Made by a program: the position numbers and the translations under genes. Below, piece after piece: positions 51,186 to 61,199 of a stretch of DNA of 64,000 nucleotides. Source of the DNA: an uncultured Actinomycetota bacterium (GTDB lineage Bacteria > Actinomycetota > Actinomycetes > JAHEKZ01); contig CAWHIJ010000003.1 of assembly GCA_963829525.1 (NCBI GenBank), forward strand, positions 2,464,001 through 2,528,000, read 5' to 3'. Position 1 is the first letter of the stretch, and each line of letters opens with the position of its first letter. The notes under the pieces were generated by a model. That model was not told where the DNA came from, searched no databases, and saw only the letters and a list, made by a program, of their open reading frames with translations.

Positions 51186-51249
51186 AAAGCGTTACGGCAA
51201 CGGCCCACTTTGAAGAGTTTGGACGCTAGCGCAGTTAAAAGCGTTACGG
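51186..51249. promoter_or_regulatory. 12-bp direct repeat pair in the divergent promoter region
   Basis: AAAGCGTTACGG at 51186-51197 and 51238-51249 (52 bp apart) between phosphatase operon and SARP/BTAD regulator. Confidence 0.6.
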
Positions 51250-51256
51250 TTCCGGC

Positions 51257-53971
51257 GTGAACGAACTCAGGCTGCGGCTGTTCGGCGCCCCCGAGCTCTC
51301 GGTGGCAGGATCCCCGATCACCTTCGACACCCGCAAGGCTGTTGCGCTCATTGCCTACCTGGCGGTCACCGGCCGCCCACAGCGCCGCGAGAGCCTGGCC
51401 GCCCTCCTGTGGCCCGAGTCCGAACAGGGACGCGCCAGGGCGTCGCTGCGCCGAACTCTCTCAGCAGCTGCTGGGGCTGGTCCGGCTCTGATGATCCGTC
51501 GCGGAGAGATCGAGCTCGACACGAAGCAGATCTGGTGCGACGTGGCAGAGTTCGAGGCCCTTGCCTCCAGCGACAGGGCGTCTGCGCTCAGGCAGGCAGC
51601 AGCGTTGGCACCCGAATCCTTTCTCGCCGGGTTCACGTTGCGTGACAGCGCCGAGTTCGACGACTGGACGGCCACCACCGGCGATCGGCTGCGCGAACGC
51701 TTGGTCACGGTGTTGTCACGCGTTGCAGACATCGAAGCCTCCGCTGGCCAGCTCGACGATGCCATCGAAGCTGCCCGTCGGTGGGTCGACCTCGACCCGC
51801 TGAGTGAGGGAGCTCATCGTGCACTCATGCGGCTGTACACCTGGGCTGGTGAGCGTCCGACGGCGCTCAAGCAGTACCGCCAATGTGTTCGCAACCTTGA
51901 CCGAGAACTCGGTGTTGCGCCGCTGCCGGAGACGACTGAGCTCTACGACGACATTCGGGCCAACCGCCTCGATCCCCCGCTTCGGTCGACGACCACGACG
52001 GAGCGTCTCGACCCGCCACCTGCGGGAAGGGTCGCGCTGCCTTCCGCCCAAGTTGTTGCGGGCAGGGATGAAGACTCCGATGCGCTCGAAGCAGCGTGGC
52101 GGTCGGCTTCCCAAGAGGGGGCGAGCGCACTTCTCGTTGGCGCACCGGGGCTCGGACGTACCACGCTTTCGGCTCAACTTCGCAGAAACGTTGAGGACGC
52201 TGGCGGTGCAGCCATCTCACTGCGTGGCCATGCGGCCGAACTGGGACTCGCCTACGCAACGGTCATCGATCTCACGAGGGCACTTTCCGAACGCGACTCA
52301 GAAGTTGCCGATTCCCTGGGCGCCGTCGGCCAGGCTGTCGAGTCACCGGGTGAGCGCGCCCGGCTGTTTGACCTCGTGCGCGATGCCGCCAGCCGGGCAT
52401 TGCGCGGCCCAGTTGCCGGCCTCTTGGTCGTCGACGATGCCCATTGGCTCGACCCCACCTCGTCCGACCTCCTGGGTTACCTACTGCGAAGGCCGCCGGC
52501 TGGGGTGCTGGTGCTTGCGACCCTGCAGAGCGAGGCCTTCGAAGGCTCTACCCTCGATGAGATCGCGACCGTGGTGACTCTGAAGGAGTGGGATACCGAA
52601 CAGACGCGGGAGGCGCTCGTCGCACTCGACGCAGAATCCATCGACCCAACCGAGGCCCATCGGCGCACAGGTGGCAACCCTCGCCTCCTGACCGAGTACG
52701 TCCTGGCCTCTCGCGAAGTCGGTGGCTCTCCCTCAGGTCCGTTCCACGAGCTGGTTGGCGCGCGCTTGAACGCCGCACCAGCCGCCACCCGCCAGACCCT
52801 GGGGTCCACTGCCGTCCTTGGGACCGTGGCTGATCCAGACCTCATTCGGCAGGTAAGTGGGCGCGATGAGGTCGAGACCGTCCAGGCCCTTGAGGACGCC
52901 GTGGCCCGCGGTCTGCTCGTCGAGGATCCCGAACAACATGGATACGACTTCCCGCACGACGCCCTGCGCAACATGGTCATCGAGCGTGTCGGTCTCGCTC
53001 GCCTCCGCCTGCTCCACGGTCGCGCAGCGGACGCGCTCGTGCGGCAGCCTGCCGTCGATGGCGGGGGTGCCCCTGCTGGTCGTGTTGCCCGGCATCTTGC
53101 CCTCGCAGGCCGAGAGCCGGAGGCACGGGACTGGTACTGGATCGCCGCGCAGCAGTCCATCACCCTCTACGCACATCGCGAGGCCCTCGAGCACCTTCGG
53201 TCGGCACTCGCACTCGGTCACGACCCGGCCGTCAACCACGCGGCGACCGGTGACGCGCTTACCTCGCTGGGCCGGTACGACGATGCCCTCACCGCATACG
53301 AGGCGGCGGCAGCTGCAATCGGAGTCGATGACCCGAACCAGCTGGCCGTGGTCGAACACAAGCTGGCCGAGGTGCACGACCGCCTCGGTGACTGGGACGT
53401 GGCCCGCGCGCACCTGGAAAGCGCCGCCGAGCTGCTCGAGCCCAAGGGTGGTCTGGCCATGCGGGCGCAGGTCGCCGCCGACCTAGCCCTGGTGAGTTAC
53501 CGGCAGGGTGACCCAGGCGCAGAGAGGATCGGCGGGCAGGCACTGCACCTCGCGGTGGAGAGTGGCGATGCAGTCTCGATGTCACAGGCCAAGAACGTCC
53601 TAGGGGTACTGGCTTGCGCCAGAGGCGACTGCGACACAGCCGTCGGCTACCTCCAGGAGAGCAGGGACCAAGCGCACGTTGCCGGCAGCACCGAGCTCGA
53701 GGTGGCAGCACTGAACAACCTTGCGCGGTTACACGCGCAGGAAGGCGACCTCGACAAGGCCCTCGAATCAGCTCAAGCGGCCCTGCAGCTCGGACTTGCT
53801 CAAGGAGATCTGCACAGGGCGGCAGCTCTGCACGATCACGTCGCCGACCTCTATCACCGAGCAGGCAGAAATACAGATGCCATGGAGCACCTCAAAGCGG
53901 CCGCCTCGGCCTTCGGGGCGGTCGACGAGGCGCGGGTACGCCCCGAGGTGTGGAAGTTGGTGTCCTGGTAG
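51257..53971 (+). CDS. SARP-family regulator: wHTH-BTAD-AAA ATPase-TPR
   Basis: LRLFGAPEL, RKAVALIAYLA, RESLAALLWPE, DPLSEGAHRALMRLY, ELGVAPLPET; GAPGLGRTT; LVVDDAHW; TGGNP; YDFPHDALR; C-terminal TPRs. Confidence 0.9.
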   Translation: MNELRLRLFGAPELSVAGSPITFDTRKAVALIAYLAVTGRPQRRESLAALLWPESEQGRARASLRRTLSAAAGAGPALMIRRGEIELDTKQIWCDVAEFEALASSDRASALRQAAALAPESFLAGFTLRDSAEFDDWTATTGDRLRERLVTVLSRVADIEASAGQLDDAIEAARRWVDLDPLSEGAHRALMRLYTWAGERPTALKQYRQCVRNLDRELGVAPLPETTELYDDIRANRLDPPLRSTTTTERLDPPPAGRVALPSAQVVAGRDEDSDALEAAWRSASQEGASALLVGAPGLGRTTLSAQLRRNVEDAGGAAISLRGHAAELGLAYATVIDLTRALSERDSEVADSLGAVGQAVESPGERARLFDLVRDAASRALRGPVAGLLVVDDAHWLDPTSSDLLGYLLRRPPAGVLVLATLQSEAFEGSTLDEIATVVTLKEWDTEQTREALVALDAESIDPTEAHRRTGGNPRLLTEYVLASREVGGSPSGPFHELVGARLNAAPAATRQTLGSTAVLGTVADPDLIRQVSGRDEVETVQALEDAVARGLLVEDPEQHGYDFPHDALRNMVIERVGLARLRLLHGRAADALVRQPAVDGGGAPAGRVARHLALAGREPEARDWYWIAAQQSITLYAHREALEHLRSALALGHDPAVNHAATGDALTSLGRYDDALTAYEAAAAAIGVDDPNQLAVVEHKLAEVHDRLGDWDVARAHLESAAELLEPKGGLAMRAQVAADLALVSYRQGDPGAERIGGQALHLAVESGDAVSMSQAKNVLGVLACARGDCDTAVGYLQESRDQAHVAGSTELEVAALNNLARLHAQEGDLDKALESAQAALQLGLAQGDLHRAAALHDHVADLYHRAGRNTDAMEHLKAAASAFGAVDEARVRPEVWKLVSW

Positions 53972-54131
53972 GTCTTGATGGCGACGAGTCAGCCTGGTGG
54001 CCAGCAAGGAAGGAGTCGTGCCGAACGGAGTGCCCATCGGCACATCTGCGCACCGCGGAGCGGCAAGCTATCGGCGCTTCGCGCGCGGTTGCCCGAACCG
54101 GAGCCACGGACTCGCGGAGTGAGCGCAGGGG

Positions 54132-54890
54132 TCACACGTGAGCGAGCGCAGTCCAAGCCGTGGCATTGGTGCGGAACGGCGCGGTAGGCAGAATCTGCCG
54201 ACACCGGTCGCGCAAGGCGTCACAACCGGCATCGTCCAGTCCTGCGACGTAGGCACCGGCAGGCCCGACTCCGAGGGTGAACGGATCCCACCAGTCCTCG
54301 AAGCTTGGGTGCTCGACAGTTACCGTCAACGACGAACTGGCGACGTCGGTGAGACCAGCCGTTGCGAACAGTTCCGCCAGGTGGCCTTCGGCCACTCCTG
54401 GAAGGTCGGACTCGTCGGGGGCGGAGGGGTCCAGTGAGCGCGCCGCCGACCAGAACGCCGAGAGCGGACCCTTGTCTCCGGCGTGGTCCCACACGCTTGC
54501 TGCCACGAACCCGCCAGGAGCGGTCGTGCGAGCCATCTGCGTGATACCGCGCACCGGATCGGCCATGAAGTGAACGACCAGCTGCGCTAGGACCACGTCG
54601 AACGATCTGTCCGGAAAGGGTAAGGACTCGGCATCCGAGCGTTGAACGTCCATCGACGGGTACGCGGTTCGCACCACCTCGACGAACGACTCTGAGGGGT
54701 CGACCGCGGATACCCCCTCGACACCGACACGGCTCACAAGAACCTCCGTCAAGGCCCCGGACCCGCAGCCGACATCCAGAACACGCTGGCCAGGCTCGAC
54801 GCCTACCAGGTCGACGAACTGCTCGGCCAACGGCCGGGAGAACCGGCCCATGAACCGACCGTATGCATCAGCACTCACCTCGAACGACAT
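54132..54890 (-). CDS. Class I SAM-dependent methyltransferase
   Basis: AYGRFMGRFS, RVLDVGCGSGALT, AESLPFPDRSFD, LVVHFM.DP. Confidence 0.9.
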   Translation of the reverse strand: MSFEVSADAYGRFMGRFSRPLAEQFVDLVGVEPGQRVLDVGCGSGALTEVLVSRVGVEGVSAVDPSESFVEVVRTAYPSMDVQRSDAESLPFPDRSFDVVLAQLVVHFMADPVRGITQMARTTAPGGFVAASVWDHAGDKGPLSAFWSAARSLDPSAPDESDLPGVAEGHLAELFATAGLTDVASSSLTVTVEHPSFEDWWDPFTLGVGPAGAYVAGLDDAGCDALRDRCRQILPTAPFRTNATAWTALAHV

Positions 54891-55236
54891 GTCGCCCATG
54901 TTGCCGTATGCGCTGTCATGCAACAGGTACTCCGGGCATATCGCTAGGACCCTCAGCGGCGCACGCTATCGGCAGGGATGTTGAATCGGCGTACTCCCGC
55001 AAACGTCGGTGAACGAATCCACCAGCTTCGCCGGACCTCACCGGCCGAGCTAGGTCGTCCAGCATCGAGGTCGACCGGCAAAGGCTGTGGACGTCGTCGG
55101 CCATGAACTCCAGCGCCGAGCGCCGGATCAGCCCCTCGACTTTCCCTCTGCCCTCGTCGACCTGGAGCGATGACCGCTCCCTCCGCGTCAACCAGCGTCT
55201 CCTGCGCGCGGAACGAAGACCGGACCTTCCCGGTCG

Positions 55237-56479
55237 TCATCCTCGTACTTCAGCGAGGCGATCCTGAAGAAAGGCCCGCTCAACATCGTTGTCGACAAGC
55301 TCGATCGCCTGCTCGTAGGACCTCGCCGCCTCGCTACGACGGTTCAGCCGCCGCAGAAGATCGGCGCGCGTCGCCGGTAGATAGGCATAGCGGTCCAGCT
55401 GGCCGTCAACCTCAATCCCATCGACGATTGCCAGCCCCTCCTCCGGCCCGCGCATTTCAGCAACGACGACAGCCCTGTTGAGCTCAACCACCGGAGACGG
55501 CCACACTCTCAGCAACACGTCGTACAGGCCCAAGAGTTCAGCCCAGTCGGTCTCCCCATACGACGGCGCCCCCGCATGTACAGCGGCGATAGCCGCCTGC
55601 AGCGCGAACCGACCAGGGGGTCTGCTCATCAGAGCCAGGGCCACGAGAGACCTCCCCTCGTCGATCTGCGCCGCATCCCACCGAGATCGATCCTGGTCCC
55701 TGAGCAATACCAGGCTCCCGCCCGGATCAACCCTCGTCTGCCTTCTGACATCGGTCAGCAGCAGCAGAGCCAGCAAGCCCTGCACCTCTGACTGATACGG
55801 AAGAAGCTGATACAGCATCCGCGCAAGGTCGATCGACCGTTCGACAACTTGGGCATCGACGAGCTCATCTCCGCTGCTCGCCGTGTGACCAGCGGTGAAG
55901 AACAGGTGGATGACGGTGAGAACCGTGTCAAGTCGCTCGGGTAGTTCCGACTCCGCCGGGATGGCAAACGGGATCCGGGCGACCTCGATCTTCTTCTTGC
56001 CTCTGGTGATCCGAGCGGCCATCGTCGACTCAGAAACCAAGAAGGCGCGTGCAATGCGCGGGGTCGAGAGCCCACACACCAGTCGCAGCGTCAGCGCAGC
56101 CTGTGTCTCTGCAGAGAGCGCGGGGTGGCAGCAGGTGAAGACCAGCCGGAGCCGGTCGTCGGTCACCACGCTGTCCTCCAGGACGGTCCGCGGGATCGGG
56201 TTCGTTGACCTCGGGCTCAATCAGCAGGGGGAGTTTGCCGCGAAGAGCCTTATCCCGTCTCAACTGATCCAGGGCTCGGCGGCGGGCCGCCGTGGTCAGC
56301 CACGCGCCGGGGTTATCGGGGACGCCTCGCTCGCCCCATGCCGTGATAGCGGCGACGAAAGCGTCCTGAACACACTCCTCCGCTACGTCAAGACTGCCGG
56401 CGACGCGTACCGTCGCGGCAAGCACGAAGGCCCACTCGCGCCGGTACGCGTCGTCAAGTGCAACAGCGAGCTGGTTCAC
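55237..56479 (-). CDS. ECF42-type RNA polymerase sigma factor with C-terminal extension/TPR, frameshift near 56200
   Basis: AEECVQDAF, W...GVPDNPGAWL.TAARRRALD (region 2); DDRLRLVFTCCHPAL, LTLRLVCGL, IARAFLVSE.TMAARITRGK (region 4); QDRSRWD, LQAAIAAVH, PSPVVELNRAV. Confidence 0.88.
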
Positions 56480-56835
56480 CCGCCGGATGTGTCGATCACG
56501 GGGCGAACCTCGACGCCACCGCTCGTCGGCAATATCTTGGCGAAAGCGATGGCCTGGTCGAGGTCCTTGGCGTCAATGACGTAGAACCCTCCGAGCGCCT
56601 CCTTGGTCTCGGCAAACGGTCCGTCTGTGACGGACGGCGATCCTGTCGACTGGCCGCGGACCGTTGTCGCCGTCGGCGTCGGCGCCAGTGCCTCCCCGTG
56701 TGAGATCGTCCCGCCAAGCTTGGTGACCTGCTCCGCGAACTCGTTGTGGGCCTTCATCATCAGCGCCCAGTCCTCCTGGGTGGCGTTGGCCATCTCGGAC
56801 TCGTCGCCGAAGATCAGATACATGTACTGCGCCAT
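56476..56835 (-). CDS. YciI/DGPF family protein
   Basis: GEALAPT.TATTVR, VTDGPFAETKEALGGFYVI, VEVRPV; AAGGAG RBS; GTGA coupling to sigma gene. Confidence 0.92.
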   Translation of the reverse strand: MAQYMYLIFGDESEMANATQEDWALMMKAHNEFAEQVTKLGGTISHGEALAPTPTATTVRGQSTGSPSVTDGPFAETKEALGGFYVIDAKDLDQAIAFAKILPTSGGVEVRPVIDTSGG

Positions 56836-56874
56836 GGGGTGCTCCTTGGGTATGTGGTGACCTTTCACCACTAC

Positions 56875-56901
56875 GACGAACGAGTCTGCCTTGAATCGAC
56901 A
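56875..56901 (-). promoter_or_regulatory. ECF42-type promoter
   Basis: TGTCGA-N17-CGTC on the minus strand 40 nt upstream of the DGPF gene, matching the described ECF42 consensus. Confidence 0.7.
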
Positions 56902-57011
56902 GCTTCCAGAAGTCCCCTGACGTTCGCCTCTTCTGCCGGCGGCTGGAACGAGAGATGCTGATGGTGGTGGTGGATGCCCGTTCCATCACCCGGGGCGGGG
57001 AGGTGAGTTCG

Positions 57012-57434
57012 ATGACAACCACCCTGAAACCACAGACCCAAATCACGCCCGAGCCCGCGACGACTTTGGAGCACGTGGATATTCACCGGGCCCTCGATAT
57101 CCCGACAAGCCCGCCGGTAGCGGCTGAGCCGCCTCGGCGTCGCTGGGCGGGCAAGACGCTTGCGGTCGGGCTGACTGCGGCCCTGCTGGGGCTGGCAGCC
57201 GGGTACGGCGCAGCAGCCTGGAACTACAGCGACCAGATCGATCGCCTGGAGAACCAGACCCAGTTGATGACCCAGGTGCCGTTCGGTGGGTTCGGTTCCG
57301 AGTACGGCGCTGCGCGCGAACATGTCGCGCAGGCTGCGATAGTTGCCGCCCGCACGCCTCAGAGCTTTACCAACGAGTACAGCGCTCCTCGTGAGCACCT
57401 CGTGCTCGCTGAGATCATGGAGGCGAGGGCGTAA
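57012..57434 (+). CDS. Hypothetical single-pass membrane protein
   Basis: GGAGGT RBS, Pro-rich N-terminus, one TM (TLAVGLTAALLGLAAGYGAAAW), internal repeat EY.A.REH. Confidence 0.6.
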   Translation: MTTTLKPQTQITPEPATTLEHVDIHRALDIPTSPPVAAEPPRRRWAGKTLAVGLTAALLGLAAGYGAAAWNYSDQIDRLENQTQLMTQVPFGGFGSEYGAAREHVAQAAIVAARTPQSFTNEYSAPREHLVLAEIMEARA

Positions 57435-57449
57435 GCGCCTATCGACGTC

Positions 57450-57475
57450 GTGGCCGGGAGTTGACTCCCGGCCAC
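57450..57475. terminator. Hairpin between convergent genes
   Basis: GTGGCCGGGAGT-TG-ACTCCCGGCCAC perfect 12-bp stem. Confidence 0.7.
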
Positions 57476-57487
57476 CGTCGGTCCCAC

Positions 57488-58699
57488 CTACTGGCGGAAC
57501 GGTCCGGTGATCTCGAAGGTCATCCCGTGGACGCCGTCCAGCCCCCGTTGGGAAGTCATGTAGAGCCGGCCGCCATCGGGGCTGAACGCCAGGCCGGTGA
57601 TCTCCGACTCGGGCTTCCAGCTGGACGCCGTGACGACGTCGCCGTCCTGGCCGGGAGAACCGGTTTCGCCGTTGCCGTGACCGACCAGCTGCATAAATGG
57701 CGCAGCCACCCGGTTGCGCTCCCCGTCGGCCAGCAGCACCAACTGCAGGTCATCAGCGTCCTCGCCGACATAGATGTCGCCCGAGGTGTGGTGCACGGTG
57801 ATGCAGTCGGGGTCTCGTAGCGGGGCCGCGTCGCCAAGCTCAGCGGCATCGTAGATGACCTCGATGGCGTCCGTTGTGGCATTGAGCGCCCAGACCTTGT
57901 CGTCACCTGTCGTCGTGAAGTACACGTAGCCGTCCGAGAAGTAGGCACCCTCTCCCCGGTTGAACTCCGTGGTGGCCGACGAGCGCTCCGGCTGCTTGGT
58001 GCTGACCTCGACCCACGAGACCTTGTCGCCGGCACGGTTCACCTTCGCCGCCTCAAGCACACCGGACGACAGGTCGCCGTACTCGTCAGGACGGAAGCGG
58101 TAGAGCCGACCCTTACCGGCGTCCTCGGTGAGGTAGACCCATCCGGTCGCCGGGTCGACGACGGCGGCCTCGTGGGCGTAGCGCCCCAACAGCTTGCGCG
58201 CCACACCCTGGCCCGGCTTCGTTGGGTCGCACTCCCACACGTACCCCTGGCGGAATTCCTCGCCCGAGAGCCAGGTGCCCCAAGGAGTAGCACCTCCCGA
58301 GCAGTTCCACTTCGTACCACCAAGGATCCGGTAGGCGTCCTCGATCTCACCGGCTGCGGAGAACCGGATCGCCGCCACTCCGCCTCCGGTGCCGTTGACC
58401 TCGGAGTTGGCCGTGTAGATCCAGCCGCCGTTGCGCAGCGAGAAGCAGGCAGCCCCGTCCGGCTCGCGGACCCATGGGAACGTGGTCCCGGGGACGAGCT
58501 CATCGGAGTAGCCGATCAGTTTGGCCTTGAAGCCCTTCGGCAGGCGGACGCCATACTGGTCCGCCGCGCCGAGCGGTCCGTAGGGACCGTCCCCGACGAC
58601 CGCCGGCTTGGCGAACGCCTGGCGCCAGAAGCCGAGGCTGAAGGTGAGGGCGGTTGCTCCACCCACGGTCAGTGCTGTGCGACGCGTCATCTCAGTCAT
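57488..58699 (-). CDS. phoX: Tat-exported PhoX-like alkaline phosphatase (DUF839)
   Basis: TRRTAL twin-arginine signal, EPDGAACF, NSE, NCSGGATPWGTWLSGEE, LGRYAHEAAVVD, YLTED, RGEG, SEITGLAFSPDG. Confidence 0.8.
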   Translation of the reverse strand: MTEMTRRTALTVGGATALTFSLGFWRQAFAKPAVVGDGPYGPLGAADQYGVRLPKGFKAKLIGYSDELVPGTTFPWVREPDGAACFSLRNGGWIYTANSEVNGTGGGVAAIRFSAAGEIEDAYRILGGTKWNCSGGATPWGTWLSGEEFRQGYVWECDPTKPGQGVARKLLGRYAHEAAVVDPATGWVYLTEDAGKGRLYRFRPDEYGDLSSGVLEAAKVNRAGDKVSWVEVSTKQPERSSATTEFNRGEGAYFSDGYVYFTTTGDDKVWALNATTDAIEVIYDAAELGDAAPLRDPDCITVHHTSGDIYVGEDADDLQLVLLADGERNRVAAPFMQLVGHGNGETGSPGQDGDVVTASSWKPESEITGLAFSPDGGRLYMTSQRGLDGVHGMTFEITGPFRQ

Positions 58700-58839
58700 G
58701 GGCGAACACTATTTCGTCTACCTGAACGTGGTCTGACATCTCGCCAATATCGCCCCAACGCATCAGGAACGAGTGAGCCTGAATGACTAGTCAGGTACCT
58801 GTGGCGACATCCTGTGGCTACCCGGCCGTCGATCTGAGG

Positions 58840-60709
58840 TCACCAACCGCCACCGCCACCGCCTCCGAATCCACCACCGGAGAACCCGCCACCCCCGGAG
58901 AACCCGCTATGAGAGCTCGCCGCAGCTGCCGAGATCGAGCCTGACGTGTTGACCGAGAATGCCGTGACCGACGAACCGAAGTCGCCGTAGCTGAACGGAT
59001 GTACGCCGACATACCAGCCGACCGCCGGCATCGTGGCCGCCGCGCCACCAGCAGCCGCTAAGGATGCGAACACCTTGGCCCAGCGCTCAGCTTCGCCGAA
59101 CACGATGGCGTAGGGCAGGTAGCGCGAGAAGACGTCGGTGCCCTCCTCGAAACGGATCTGCCCAGCCTCGGCGGTCCCGAGGTAGCGGCGGAACCCGAGG
59201 GTGCGCGCCAAGACAGCGCTCCCCTGCCCGGTTCGCGCCGGCATGGCCCGCGCCGCGAAGAAGACCGCAACGGCGCCAACGATGAGAGCTAATCCGGCAA
59301 TCCCGAAACTGGTGTACCGAGCAAGCAGGTACGTCACACCAATCGCCGCCGCGATCACCGTCAACCCGACAACGCCCCATGCGGTTCTCGTCGAGTCGGG
59401 ACGACGCCGGTACCACTTGCGGTAGACCAGTTCGTCGTAGAGCGAGTCCTCAACTCTGGAAAGGTCATCAGCGAAGGTCCTCTTCAGTTCGGAGAGAAGC
59501 ACCTCGTTGCGCCCCGCGAAGAGCGCGGCGAACAGTTTCTGCTCATAGTCCAACAGCTCGGTGTCGCCACCCTTCAGCTGGACGAGTTGCCAGTCGCGGC
59601 TACTGAAGAGCCCCTCATCCGGTATCTCATCGAATCCGCAAGTACCCGCGAACAGCCAGGTCGACGATCGTGGCGGTGACGTCGAGAACATTCGCCTGCT
59701 CGTCGATCAGAGTTCCGAGGAGCCCAGGTCGCAAGTCGTCGGGCGGTGACCACTCCACAGGGCCTTCTCCGGAGTCACCGAAGGGGCGAACCTCTTCGGC
59801 CATATCTCCGCCGGCGACCGGCGCCAGCCCGGGGATCTGCCCGACATACCGTCGGTCTCGTCCACGTCTGACGAACCAGAAGACGACAGCAGCCCCCGCG
59901 ATGAGCAGCCCCACTGCCGCTCCAATCGTGGCCGGAGTCACAGCAAAGGCCCGCTGCAGCGACCACCGCTGTTCGTACACCGGCGGCGGGACGTCGACCG
60001 CGCCAGAGGGGAGCGCGACGACTACCGAGACGCCAGCGCCGTCGCCGACGCCGTTTTGCCCTGCCTCGACGGAAGTCGACCGGACCAGCAGATCGTCGCA
60101 CTTCTGTGTGCTCCCCAGGTAGCCGGTGAAGCACCGAGCATCCTGCACCGCAGGCGCGTCCACCCGAACCGTCGCCTGCTGGATTGGCACCTTCCACTCA
60201 GTACCGATTGCGTCCCAGTAGAGCTCGTCGTAATTGTCGTACGCGGTGAGAGCCCCTTCGACGCGGTACGTGAGCAGATAAGTCTGGGGTCCCCGGACGG
60301 TCACATCGGGGTCGCCGACGCGAATAGATAAGACGCTGCCTTCCTGTGACACCTCCAGATTGGACGGGGCACCCGAGGGACTCGTCACGTTGATGTCTTC
60401 GATCGCCACGATCCGGTCGTAGCTTTGGTCGATCTCCGTATCAGAGCTGGCGGGCGTGAAGGGCTCTGTCACCGGAAATCGGTTCGGAATGATCCGGTAG
60501 ATGCCGTGGCTGTCATCGGTGAACGTGTAGTCGATCCGTTCGGCGACGTCGAGCGAACCGTCCTGGTTAATCTCGATCGACACCTCGTACTGGTCGATGT
60601 AACCGTCGCCTGCTGCGGCGAACGCCGCAGGGGTGAGCGTCAGAGAGGTGAGAGCGGACCCCACAAACAGGAGCGCCAGTGCAGCAGGCCCAAGTGCTCG
60701 ACGCCGCAT
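58840..60709 (-). CDS. DUF2207 membrane protein, frameshift near 59630
   Basis: Signal peptide, DGSLDVAERIDY.F...HGIYR, DELYWDAIG..W, ATIVDLAVRGYL, YLPYAIVFG...W, Gly/Ser tail GGGFGGGGGGGW. Confidence 0.88.
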
Positions 60710-60723
60710 GACACTCCTCTCGC

Positions 60724-61197
60724 TCAGTCGCCGCGACCCCGGCGGGCCATGGCGCGGTCGGCGTCTCGCTTGGCCTCCCGCTCCGCCAACGAGTGTCGCT
60801 TGTCGTATGACTTCTTCCCGCGCGCAACGCCGATCTCGACCTTGGCGTGTCCGTCCTTGAAGTAGAGCGCCAACGGCACGATGGTCAGGCCGCTCTCCTG
60901 CGTCTTGGCGTTCAGTTTCCGGATCTGGTCGCGATGCAACAGCAACTTGCGGACGCGTCGAGGCTCGTGGTTGGTCCACGTTCCCTGCGTGTACTCGGGA
61001 ATGTGGACGTTATGGAGCCAGACCTCGCCCTCCTTGACGGCCGCGAAGCCGTCTACAAGGGACGCCCTACCCTCGCGCAACGACTTCACCTCGGTACCGG
61101 TGAGTACGAGACCGGCTTCGTAGGTGTCATCGATGTGGTAGTCGTGGCGGGCTTTGCGGTTCTGGGCGACGAGAACCCGCCCCTTTTCGCGGGACAT
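60724..61197 (-). CDS. smpB: SsrA-binding protein SmpB
   Basis: [42 protein letters not shown]. Confidence 0.97.
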   Translation of the reverse strand: MSREKGRVLVAQNRKARHDYHIDDTYEAGLVLTGTEVKSLREGRASLVDGFAAVKEGEVWLHNVHIPEYTQGTWTNHEPRRVRKLLLHRDQIRKLNAKTQESGLTIVPLALYFKDGHAKVEIGVARGKKSYDKRHSLAEREAKRDADRAMARRGRGD

Positions 61198-61199
61198 GA

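Noticed and set aside
54916-55240. Short ORFs between the ECF sigma and methyltransferase
   Set aside because: ATG overlaps the sigma stop, but no frame gives a recognisable protein; possibly a remnant, unsupported
58700-58800. PHO box upstream of the phoX-like gene
   Set aside because: Isolated GTTCA-like words occur but not in 11-bp tandem register
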